Of a DNA stretch of 64,000 nt, positions 37,202 through 45,720 are shown piece after piece; within the stretch, counting starts at the first letter, position 1; the number at the start of each line of letters is the position of its first letter. This stretch comes from Spirochaetota bacterium (lineage in GTDB: Bacteria > Spirochaetota > UBA4802 > UBA5550). Both the position numbers and the translations under genes were made by a program. Under the pieces are notes generated by a model. That model was given only the letters and a program-made list of their open reading frames with translations, was not told the DNA's origin and did no database searches. The DNA lies in assembly GCA_050298055.1 (NCBI GenBank), contig JBNKTL010000006.1, positions 70,280 to 134,279 of the forward strand. The letters are read 5' to 3'.

Positions 37202-38571
37202 AGTGTATACTTCACTCCCAGGTCAAATCTCTGGTTTGTATAGGAGAAATCTATGTCATAGTTCTTTGTCCCCGGCTGGGTTATATCCGTTGTGGGATTA
37301 ACACCGGGTACATACGACGGATAGTTTGTATCCTTATCCTTGAACATATACCTGCCAAAGACTTCGAGAGATCTGCCAACAGTATAACCAACCTTCAGGT
37401 TTACAATCCAGTAGTTTTTATAGAGAACCGTTCCGTCAGTGAGGGGGAAGTGCCCGCCTGTGGCACCGGAGTAACCATAACCGTCATCGGTGTAGCTCCT
37501 CAACCTTCTCTCCCCCATGACAGACCACTTTAACTTCTTCTTAAGAAGTCTCTGCTGAAATTTAATACCAAAATCATGCTCCGTATAGGAGTAGTAGCCC
37601 TGAAATGTATCTGTATTTATCCTGTAGGCATAGAAGGGCCTGATCTTCATGTTGAGCTTTCTCACAACAAGAATAAGATCAAGCTCTGTTTTATTGTTCC
37701 ACTCTTTGTAGAGAGGGTTCGGACCGGTAATGTAATGCGTTTTACCGGTAACCCTGTCCCGTGACAGTTCCTCATCGCTTTCCATCAAATAGTAGCGATT
37801 ACTCACTTTGTAGTTAAAGACCCTCCTGTTGCTGAAGTTTTTAAAAGAAATCTCTCCGTAGACTTTGCTGTAGTTGTCAGGTGTAAGATGGCCGGGAAGT
37901 GACGGATCAAAATTCCGGTCTTCGTAACCTCTTTTTCTCACATACCCCGCATCCAGGTTTATACGCATGGTTTTTTTTATTCGGTAAAGAAAACCTGCTT
38001 CGGGATTGTACATATGGTATGAGTACCTGTCTGTAGAGTCCAGTTTTACGTTGTTGAGATCGTAGCCTGCATCGTAAAGATAGGGATCCGGCTGGTAGAG
38101 GTCCGGCCAATCGGGACGATAGACAAACCGGTAATTCATTTCGGCCACGAAGCTGAGCCTGCCGGTTTTATATGTAATCCCGGCTGATGAATTTTGCTCA
38201 ACACTGTCCAGTGTGTAATCAGACTTTTCCACAGGTTTAAAGAACTTCTCCCCGTAGAGGGAATATGCAAGGGCAGGTATCACCTTCTTGCTCTTTTCAT
38301 AACTCAGTTCAATATCCACACCTCCTCCCATAACCGGGCTTGATACCCTGTAGAGTGAATAATTTTCAACCTCCCCTCCCTGGACGAAGGCTTCCAGTGA
38401 GTATTTGAAAAAACCTTCTCCGTTCTTCGTTTTTGATTCCTTTGCGGTTTTCTCTTTCTCTCCGTGAAGATCCTCCTCATTTGCAGAGAGGGAAACGGGA
38501 GATATGAAGAAAAGAACCGCAACAATAAGGCAGATAGAGTTTTTGATATTGGTTCTCTGTAGTGTTTTCAT
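37198..38571 (-). CDS. Putative outer-membrane beta-barrel protein
   Basis: Signal peptide; alternating Tyr/Phe amphipathic strands; C-terminal strand FDLGVKYTL; ATGA overlap with the next gene. Confidence 0.7.
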   Translation of the reverse strand: MKTLQRTNIKNSICLIVAVLFFISPVSLSANEEDLHGEKEKTAKESKTKNGEGFFKYSLEAFVQGGEVENYSLYRVSSPVMGGGVDIELSYEKSKKVIPALAYSLYGEKFFKPVEKSDYTLDSVEQNSSAGITYKTGRLSFVAEMNYRFVYRPDWPDLYQPDPYLYDAGYDLNNVKLDSTDRYSYHMYNPEAGFLYRIKKTMRINLDAGYVRKRGYEDRNFDPSLPGHLTPDNYSKVYGEISFKNFSNRRVFNYKVSNRYYLMESDEELSRDRVTGKTHYITGPNPLYKEWNNKTELDLILVVRKLNMKIRPFYAYRINTDTFQGYYSYTEHDFGIKFQQRLLKKKLKWSVMGERRLRSYTDDGYGYSGATGGHFPLTDGTVLYKNYWIVNLKVGYTVGRSLEVFGRYMFKDKDTNYPSYVPGVNPTTDITQPGTKNYDIDFSYTNQRFDLGVKYTL

Positions 38572-38849
38572 TTTTTTATCCTTTATTTTGTATTTATGCA
38601 AAGAAAAAGGTGCCGTTATAGTTAGCATTCCTAATTTTTCTCTTTTCAATTATCATACTTATCCTATCATATTTTAGTGTAATTTTTTCTTCATTTAACA
38701 AAAAAAATTCATTTATCATCTATTTGCCATCCGGGACCGGACAATGCAAATTGAGAAGCACATCAAAAATGAGTCATAGAATTTTCTTTACATCTATTGC
38801 TTCGCTCAATAGAATGACGAACTTGAAATCTGAGGGGGTATTATTTCTG

Positions 38850-39512
38850 ATGCTCGGCGCCGTTATCTTTGACATGGATGGAGTTATTATCGACAGCGAA
38901 CCTCTCCACTACCAGGTTGATGACCTGATATTCAGGGAGTTGAATATCAGCATCTCTTACGAGGAGAGAAGGTCTTTTGTGGGCATCGATAACAGGAGAA
39001 TGTGGACAGGGATAAAAAAAAACTACAATCTCAAAGAGAGTGTGAACGAACTCATTAAGTTAAGCGACAGTATGAGGAACAGCTTCTTCAGGGATCTGGA
39101 CGACCTGAGGCCGGTAAAAGGGACTGTTGAGCTGATCACTGAACTAAACAGCCGGAAGATCAAAACCGCACTTGCGTCCTCTTCATCAGGGGAGCTCATT
39201 GAGATCATTCTCAACGAGCTTGGTATATTCAATGACTTTGATATAATAGTCAGCGGCAATTCTGTGAAAAAGGGAAAGCCCGGTCCGGAGATCTTTCTTC
39301 TTACTCTTGAAAAGCTTCAGGAAGAGAGTAAAAAGTCTGTTGTTATTGAGGACTCGGAAAACGGCGTCAATGCCGCAAAAAGCGCAGGGATATTCTGCAT
39401 CGCATACAGGAACCCCCATTCCCGGGAACAGGACCTCGGGAATGCTGATGTTATCATTGATGATTTTTCAGAAATGAATTATCAGTTTATCAACAATTTA
39501 CTGGAAAAGTGA
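38850..39512 (+). CDS. HAD-superfamily phosphatase (beta-PGM/CbbY-like)
   Basis: FDMDGVIIDSE, ALASSS, GKPGPEIF and IEDSENG motifs. Confidence 0.92.
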   Translation: MLGAVIFDMDGVIIDSEPLHYQVDDLIFRELNISISYEERRSFVGIDNRRMWTGIKKNYNLKESVNELIKLSDSMRNSFFRDLDDLRPVKGTVELITELNSRKIKTALASSSSGELIEIILNELGIFNDFDIIVSGNSVKKGKPGPEIFLLTLEKLQEESKKSVVIEDSENGVNAAKSAGIFCIAYRNPHSREQDLGNADVIIDDFSEMNYQFINNLLEK

Positions 39513-39528
39513 ATCCAGTTGGAGAGAA

Positions 39529-42312
39529 ATGATGAAAATAAAGTTAATGTTAATAATACTTTTACTCTTTTCAGGGTCCGCCTACCCTGATGAAATCAGC
39601 AGGACAAGGCTTCAGGAGACAGCGGACAGGTTGTTTTCCGTGATACAATCCGGCGGTGATCATATGGGATATTCCCGGTTTGCCCTGGACTTTCTTGAAA
39701 GGGTATACGACACAACCCCCGAAAAGACAAAAAACCGGTATGTGACAGGCTACCTGAGAAGAGAGAGGGAGAGAAGGAGGGAAGAGTTAGATCCCTTTTC
39801 GCTTCTTTCAGGAGGTCTCGCCATCAGGGAGTCCCTTCAGCTCGAAAGCATCCGGTCCGGGATCCCGGAGGGCGATGAAGTGGAACTGTCGCAGCTCAGG
39901 GGTCCGGTTATCGCATCGCATCCCTTTAAAAAAATGCTTAAAGGGCGAAAATACAAGATATTCCCCCTTGCCGCCAGTACACCTGAAGACTTCTACTATG
40001 TACACTTCAACAACATGTCCGGTTCTCTTGACTTTTTCGATTACCTGGGAAGCGTGGGCGGATCACTCCACAAGAGGTTCAGCCCGGTCTCCGTGGACTA
40101 TATGCTGAAAGAGAAGATCCTGGCACAGCTTGCCCTCAGGGAAAACAGGGCCGCGCGCAGGTTCTATAACCTGGTGATTGAAGAGATGGCAATCACAGGG
40201 TCTGATCCGTTCATTATGGAGGGTACGGATATCTCAATACTCTACAGGTTAAAGAACATCAGCCTGTTCAAAATGAGAATTAAAAGCTACAGAAAATATT
40301 TCAGGAAGACGTTCCATTGTACTTCAAGAAAAATATACATATCGGGAACCGCGGCCGAGCACCTCTCCTCTCCCGACCGAAAAATAAATTCATACCTTCT
40401 CTTTCTTGATACAAAAACAGTCCTTATAACAAATTCCCGGAAAGCCGCCGAAATTATTCTCTCCACGCACAGGAAGAAACGTCCCTCCCTGGCAGATGCC
40501 TCTGATTTCCGGTATATGAGGTCCATATATCCCGCGGACAGGAAAAAAGAAGACGGCTTCATATACCTCTCCGACCCGTTTATACGCTACCTTACAGGAC
40601 CCTCTCTCAGGATAAAGGAAGCGAGGAGGATGAATGAAGCCGCCCGGCTGACTGCCCTTGAGAAAATCCTCCTCCTCTTTCACCAGGTCATGAAGAGAAA
40701 ACCGGCGAGTATAGATGAACTTACCGCTTTCGCGGAAGGACCGGGACTAACCGGAAAGGAACGGGCCCTGGCAGATAATCTGAAAAACAACCCTCTCATG
40801 AAAACAGTGGAAAAAATATCCGGCTATAACAGGAACTCCTGGTATCGTTTCCGATACGGGATACTTGCGGCATCGGGAGCAAAAAGGCCCTACGGCAAAG
40901 AACAGAAAGATGAAGCCGACAGATTTATCAGTCAAATGAAAAACACATACCTCCAGATCCGGGGAAGAAGCGCAGAAACACCCGGTGAGGTCCTTTCACT
41001 GATAAACAGGAAAGACGCATACGGAAAGACCTTTAAGGGGTTCTCCATAAGCCCCGACGGCTATTCCCTGGCAAGCAGCAGCTACGGCAGACACAACTTC
41101 ATGACACCAAATATTGAAATTACCCTGAAAAAAGTTTCGGAAAAGGAAGCAGCGGGCTACAGGAGGTTTATTAAAGAGTATAATAACTTCTGGCGCGAAT
41201 ACTTTGACCCTATCGGCATCCGCTTTAAACTGAAAGACGGGATCAGGGTGGATACCTGCATACTGCCCCTGATCAACAATTCAATCTACAACACCCTGAC
41301 CGGCTTAATCGGGGGCAAACCGGTCAGGCTTGACTGGGACAGGTCCCTCCCCGGCGATATATTCACCCTTGCCCTGAAAATCCGGAACATGAAGATGCTC
41401 GATAAGGCTTTCCTGGAAGATTTTAGCGGAAGAACAGAGACCGGCCTGAAACTCAAAAAGATTTTACCCTCTGCGGTATTTGGAGACCAGGTAAATATTC
41501 ACATGGGAGATACTCTTCCCCTTGTTGATTTTGACGGGAAACATTTAACAGGGAGAATGTTAAGATGGGGCATATCAAAATCAGATATCTTTTTCGGTCT
41601 CTTCGCATGGTCTCTCTTTCATCCCCTGCGGGTATCCCTTCCCCTGAAAAAAACAAAAGAGGCGGGCATCCTTCTCGATTACCTGATCAGCACCAAGGCT
41701 TTTATGAGTGACAGGTATTTAAAAATCCAGAGATACACTTATAAATACCGGGAATACAATATAAAGGTGGCAAAGCTCACTTTTTTTAAGACAATTTCTT
41801 TCAGGTTCTACACGTCCATTACGAACAAAACACTGCATATTTCCACAAACGAGGAATACCTGAAAAGGGCCCTTGCCTTTGAGAAAGGGAATAAGTGGAA
41901 GTCTCTTCCGGACAGAATTGGCAACATTGCCGCAGTTTACCGTCCCGGTGAGATGAAACAGGAAAAAAGCCTCTATGTGGCCAATGTCATGGAATCCGCG
42001 CAGAATGCCAGTTTCAGGAACTTCGGGACAATCAAGCTGCTCAATTATCTCTTCCCGGGCCGGAAAAATCTCCCTGACCTCTCTCTGAAATATTTCGGTT
42101 TCAAACCGGTCTGTCCTATGGGCGGTGAATACAGTATAGACAGAAAGACCGGGACGGTCACAAACTCCCTCTTCGGATCACTCTACCGCCCCGAGATACG
42201 GTTCCGGGAGATCGCAGATGAAGGTCTCAAACGATACTTCTCCACAAAACGTGTTAAGCTGAATCTCAGGTTTACACCGGAGGGGATCATGACTCTCATC
42301 TCAACAGAGTAG
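39529..42312 (+). CDS. Large hypothetical secreted protein
   Basis: 927-aa ORF with a signal peptide; W..YFDPIG and C-terminal CPMGGEY motifs; no family recognised. Confidence 0.8.
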   Translation: MMKIKLMLIILLLFSGSAYPDEISRTRLQETADRLFSVIQSGGDHMGYSRFALDFLERVYDTTPEKTKNRYVTGYLRRERERRREELDPFSLLSGGLAIRESLQLESIRSGIPEGDEVELSQLRGPVIASHPFKKMLKGRKYKIFPLAASTPEDFYYVHFNNMSGSLDFFDYLGSVGGSLHKRFSPVSVDYMLKEKILAQLALRENRAARRFYNLVIEEMAITGSDPFIMEGTDISILYRLKNISLFKMRIKSYRKYFRKTFHCTSRKIYISGTAAEHLSSPDRKINSYLLFLDTKTVLITNSRKAAEIILSTHRKKRPSLADASDFRYMRSIYPADRKKEDGFIYLSDPFIRYLTGPSLRIKEARRMNEAARLTALEKILLLFHQVMKRKPASIDELTAFAEGPGLTGKERALADNLKNNPLMKTVEKISGYNRNSWYRFRYGILAASGAKRPYGKEQKDEADRFISQMKNTYLQIRGRSAETPGEVLSLINRKDAYGKTFKGFSISPDGYSLASSSYGRHNFMTPNIEITLKKVSEKEAAGYRRFIKEYNNFWREYFDPIGIRFKLKDGIRVDTCILPLINNSIYNTLTGLIGGKPVRLDWDRSLPGDIFTLALKIRNMKMLDKAFLEDFSGRTETGLKLKKILPSAVFGDQVNIHMGDTLPLVDFDGKHLTGRMLRWGISKSDIFFGLFAWSLFHPLRVSLPLKKTKEAGILLDYLISTKAFMSDRYLKIQRYTYKYREYNIKVAKLTFFKTISFRFYTSITNKTLHISTNEEYLKRALAFEKGNKWKSLPDRIGNIAAVYRPGEMKQEKSLYVANVMESAQNASFRNFGTIKLLNYLFPGRKNLPDLSLKYFGFKPVCPMGGEYSIDRKTGTVTNSLFGSLYRPEIRFREIADEGLKRYFSTKRVKLNLRFTPEGIMTLISTE

Positions 42313-42329
42313 AAAAAATTCACTTACCT

Positions 42330-42432
42330 GTCACTCCTCAGCTATGCTATTATGATCAACCTGTTTATGAAAATATCAACGATATGTCCCCGACACCAAG
42401 GCGGCGGGGACATATCAGTTATCTTTTTTTAA
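42330..42432. mobile_element. Fold-back MITE-like element, copy 4 (right arm truncated)
   Basis: GTCACTCCTCAGCTAT...GATATGTCCCCGACACC-aa-GGCGGCGGGGACATATCAGTTATC. Confidence 0.8.
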
Positions 42433-42613
42433 TTTTGTTTCTCCATTTCCTGATTCTTTATCCATCTTTATCCCGTAAATCCTGTCTAAAATCTTTTCCC
42501 AAGTTTCCGGCAAAAGTCACAAATTTTATTAATATTTACAAGAATACAATTTTCCACTTGTATAATTGTAATGGTTTTTTATAGTATTTCCAATATTCTC
42601 GCTGGAGGGCGGC

Positions 42614-42796
42614 ATGAGCAAACTGCTTGGAGTAATGCTGATTAATGATGGAAAGCTTACATCAACACAACTGGCTGACGCGTTAACATACCAGGAAGAA
42701 TTCGGGGGGTTCCTGGGAGAGATCCTGATAAAGAAGGGGTACATTGACAGCGACACTCTCCATGAGTATCTGCAGAAGCAGAAGGAAATTATATAG
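42614..42796 (+). CDS. Stand-alone MshEN-like domain protein
   Basis: LLGVMLINDGKLTSTQLADALTYQ-5 aa-LGEILIKKGYIDSDTLHEYLQKQ tandem motif; GGAGG RBS. Confidence 0.8.
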   Translation: MSKLLGVMLINDGKLTSTQLADALTYQEEFGGFLGEILIKKGYIDSDTLHEYLQKQKEII

Positions 42797-42941
42797 AGAT
42801 TTTCACTTTTTCTCAATCAGTCTCATAAAATTCTGATAATAATTTACCTTGAATTTCATTCTACCGGTATAGTTAATAAGGTTCACTGTAAGCAACAGGG
42901 ACCAAAAAACAAACCAGCTTTCTGGAAGGAAAATTTATCAC

Positions 42942-44207
42942 ATGTATAGAAAACGAAAAGTTCTCTTCCCGCTTTTGATTTTTATTTTACTTACCGCATG
43001 CTCATCATTCAGCAGCAAGGATTACAGGCGGGTAAAAAAGGGGGACAAGGACCTGAAATCAGCAAAGCTCATGGGTGCTGATTTAAAAAACGCCGATTTA
43101 AACCGGGCAATATTAGAAGATGCAAGACTTGAAAAAGCTGATCTCTCCGGCGCAAAAATGAACAGCTCAATACTTACAGGAGCACAGCTCAACAGGGCAC
43201 GGTTAACGGGAGCTTCTCTTCTTGACGCGAAAATGCACAGTGTCAGCTTATACGAAGCAGACCTGGAAAGAGCAAATCTTCAAAATGCAGTCCTCAAAAA
43301 CGCGGACCTGAGAGAGGCAAACCTGAAAGACGCGAACCTCTCCGGCGCCGACCTGAGTAACGCCGACCTCAGGGGAGCCAGAATGAGCAACGCACGGCTA
43401 AAGAATGCCGAACTTACCAACTCAAAACTCTACAGTGCCAATCTCAGCAATGCGGACCTTGAAAGTGCGAAAATAAAGGATTCGGACCTCATGAGATCCG
43501 ATCTGAAAAATGCTAACCTCAGAGGCGCTAAAATTATCAATTCAAACCTGAGCGGTGCATACCTTAATGACGCGGATATGACTAAGGCCGAACTCAGGGG
43601 AACAAACCTCTTCGGTGCCGATCTCAGGGGAGTCTCATTCAGCGGTGTAAACCTCAGCAACGCGCGGCTCTACAGCACTGACCTCCGGGGTGCTGACCTT
43701 TCCCGGGCAAACCTGAAAGACGCACAGATGCAGGATGCAGACCTGAGAAAATCAAATTTCAACAGAGCTGTCCTTAAAGGAGCCAATCTCAGCCTCGCAA
43801 ATATGAGCTTCAGCAATTTTGATAACGCATTTTTCCAAAAATCCATATTAAACAGGGCAGACATGAGCTGGTCAAGCCTGAAAAAGGCTAACTTCAGACA
43901 TGCTGTCCTGAAGGAAGCTCAGCTGAAAAGGGCAATGTTCATAGAAGCCGATTTTACCGAAGCAGATCTCAGGGGAGTCCACGGCATAAAAACCTTCCTT
44001 AACGGATCAATATTTATCGGCGCAGATCTCACAGGTGCCGATCTGAGTTATTCCAACCTTAACAATACCGTAATAACAGGAGCAAACCTCACAGATGTTC
44101 GGCTTAAACAGGCCGACCTGAGAGATGCAAAAATCAACAGGCAGTGGAAAGATCATATCAGGAAGCAGGATGTGAAGAATTTTGCAACGATAATCTGGGT
44201 CGACTGA
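42942..44207 (+). CDS. Pentapeptide-repeat lipoprotein
   Basis: LLTAC lipobox, then a long uninterrupted A[D/N]Lxx repeat tract. Confidence 0.92.
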   Translation: MYRKRKVLFPLLIFILLTACSSFSSKDYRRVKKGDKDLKSAKLMGADLKNADLNRAILEDARLEKADLSGAKMNSSILTGAQLNRARLTGASLLDAKMHSVSLYEADLERANLQNAVLKNADLREANLKDANLSGADLSNADLRGARMSNARLKNAELTNSKLYSANLSNADLESAKIKDSDLMRSDLKNANLRGAKIINSNLSGAYLNDADMTKAELRGTNLFGADLRGVSFSGVNLSNARLYSTDLRGADLSRANLKDAQMQDADLRKSNFNRAVLKGANLSLANMSFSNFDNAFFQKSILNRADMSWSSLKKANFRHAVLKEAQLKRAMFIEADFTEADLRGVHGIKTFLNGSIFIGADLTGADLSYSNLNNTVITGANLTDVRLKQADLRDAKINRQWKDHIRKQDVKNFATIIWVD

Positions 44208-44226
44208 AAAAACAACAGGATACAAT

Positions 44227-44252
44227 CAGGCCGGCCCAACCGGACCGGCCTG
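44227..44252. terminator. Hairpin between convergent genes
   Basis: CAGGCCGG...CCGGCCTG stem. Confidence 0.55.
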
Positions 44253-44338
44253 TTGCAAGAGATCAACTAAATTTTTGCGGGTAGTCCCCTTCTTTTTTTC
44301 GGTACACTATCCCAAAGGATACTTTTAAAAAAAGCAAC

Positions 44339-44485
44339 CTATTTCTTTGTTTCTTCTTTAGGAGGAGGAGTTGTTCCCTGAGGATCGTCATCCCCCGGCA
44401 TTCTCGCTTTACAGCCAAGAAACGCTGTACTTATGATTAATGCCAGAAGGCCGACTGTTAATATGCTCAAAAAGCTTTTTCTCAT
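44339..44485 (-). CDS. 48-aa small lipoprotein (absent from the ORF track)
   Basis: MRKSFLSILTVGLLALIISTAFLGC-KARMPGDDDPQGTTPPPKEETKK*; GGAG RBS; minus-strand TTGACT-17-TATCTT promoter with -35 at 44617-44622. Confidence 0.75.
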   Translation of the reverse strand: MRKSFLSILTVGLLALIISTAFLGCKARMPGDDDPQGTTPPPKEETKK

Positions 44486-44644
44486 GATCTACTCCAATTA
44501 GAAAAGTTTTATCTCAGACCAAGAAATAATCTAAACTAAATATTCAATGAATACATATAGAATAATTCAGCTTAATCTCTTTAATCTTAAAAAAAGATAA
44601 ACAATAATCCTTCCCAAGTCAATGACTGATTAAAAATGTGTGAA

Positions 44645-44681
44645 GTGATGGATTTCAGCTATTGTAACAGTAATCCATCAT
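44645..44681. promoter_or_regulatory. Candidate response-regulator boxes upstream of the small lipoprotein
   Basis: GTGATGGATTTCAGCTAT and GTAACAGTAATCCATCAT each retain one arm of the palindrome at 45641. Confidence 0.5.
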
Positions 44682-44686
44682 ATTAA

Positions 44687-45385
44687 TTAATGATCATTAT
44701 TCCGCCGGCCTGTTTCCATTACCCACTTGATGGCTTCTTTGAGGAGGTCCCCTCCCTTTGAGATCTCTAATTTTTCCTTGATGTGTCTGCGGTGACTCTC
44801 CACTGTGTTTACACTCAGGTTCAACATCTTCGCGATCTCCCCTGTGGCATTGCCCATTCCGATAAGCCTGAATACTTCCTGTTCACGCTGGGTCAATACT
44901 TTGGATAAATTATTTCCCTTGTCCCTGTTTTCATTTTTTTCCTCAGGGGCATTTATCAGTTTTTTTATAAACTTCCCCGACAGCCCCGTACTCATATAAA
45001 TGTCCCCTTTCAGAATGACTTTAATTGCCTCTGTTACTATTTCCAAGGGGTCATTCTTCGATACATAACCGCTGGCACCCGATTTTACCGCTCTTTCAAT
45101 ATACGAGAGTTCGTCATGCATGGAGAGAACAAGTATTTTAATCCCGGGAAATCTCTTTTTTATGGCTGAAACCAGTTCAATACCGTCAACATCACCTTTT
45201 AATGAAATATCCACTATTACGATATCAGGCTGATACTGGGAAAGACGCCTGAGGGCGTCATCTGCCCCTGGTGCTTCCGCGCAGACAGACATACCTTCTG
45301 TATTATCGAAGACTCTTTTCAGCCCCTGACGCACCAGGGGATGATCATCCACAAGAACAATTTTTATCTGTTTTTTTTCGGACAT
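44687..45385 (-). CDS. NarL/FixJ-family response regulator
   Basis: VDDHPLVRQG, DIVIVDIS, LSMH and GASGYVSK motifs; LuxR HTH LTQREQEV...TVESHR. Confidence 0.95.
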   Translation of the reverse strand: MSEKKQIKIVLVDDHPLVRQGLKRVFDNTEGMSVCAEAPGADDALRRLSQYQPDIVIVDISLKGDVDGIELVSAIKKRFPGIKILVLSMHDELSYIERAVKSGASGYVSKNDPLEIVTEAIKVILKGDIYMSTGLSGKFIKKLINAPEEKNENRDKGNNLSKVLTQREQEVFRLIGMGNATGEIAKMLNLSVNTVESHRRHIKEKLEISKGGDLLKEAIKWVMETGRRNNDH

Positions 45386-45429
45386 AGTAATGACTTTTTA
45401 TCACCTGTTATCCATTGACATGTCTATTT

Positions 45430-45566
45430 ATAACGACTCAACCATATGGCTAAAATAAATGTATTTACTAAAAGACAGACAATATGCCCGCCGTTGAAGG
45501 CGGCGGGGACATATCAGTTATGTTTTTTATAAAAAAAGTTATTCTTATACATAGCTGAGAAGTTAC
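45430..45566. mobile_element. Fold-back MITE-like element, copy 5
   Basis: ATAACGACTCAACCAT ... GGCGGCGGGGACATATCAGTTAT ... ATAGCTGAGAAGTTAC; lies between the kinase and regulator genes. Confidence 0.85.
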
Positions 45567-45640
45567 TATAATAATAACAATGCGCTTTTTTTAGTCAATA
45601 ATGGATTGAGAAAAAAAATTCACGAAGTTACGCCGCATAT

Positions 45641-45658
45641 ATGATGGATTTCCATCAT
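45641..45658. promoter_or_regulatory. Palindromic candidate regulator box
   Basis: ATGATGGA-tt-TCCATCAT, a perfect 8-2-8 inverted repeat upstream of the regulator gene. Confidence 0.55.
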
Positions 45659-45720
45659 AACGCTGCTGGAATGTCTACAAGAAAAACTCATTCTGCAAAG
45701 GTCATTTTTTAAGAATGTCA

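Noticed and set aside
42384..42816. ORFs 42384..42584, 42529..42816, 866..1141 and 1096..1293
   Set aside because: They read through the repeat elements or lie antisense to real genes, and are not protein-like.
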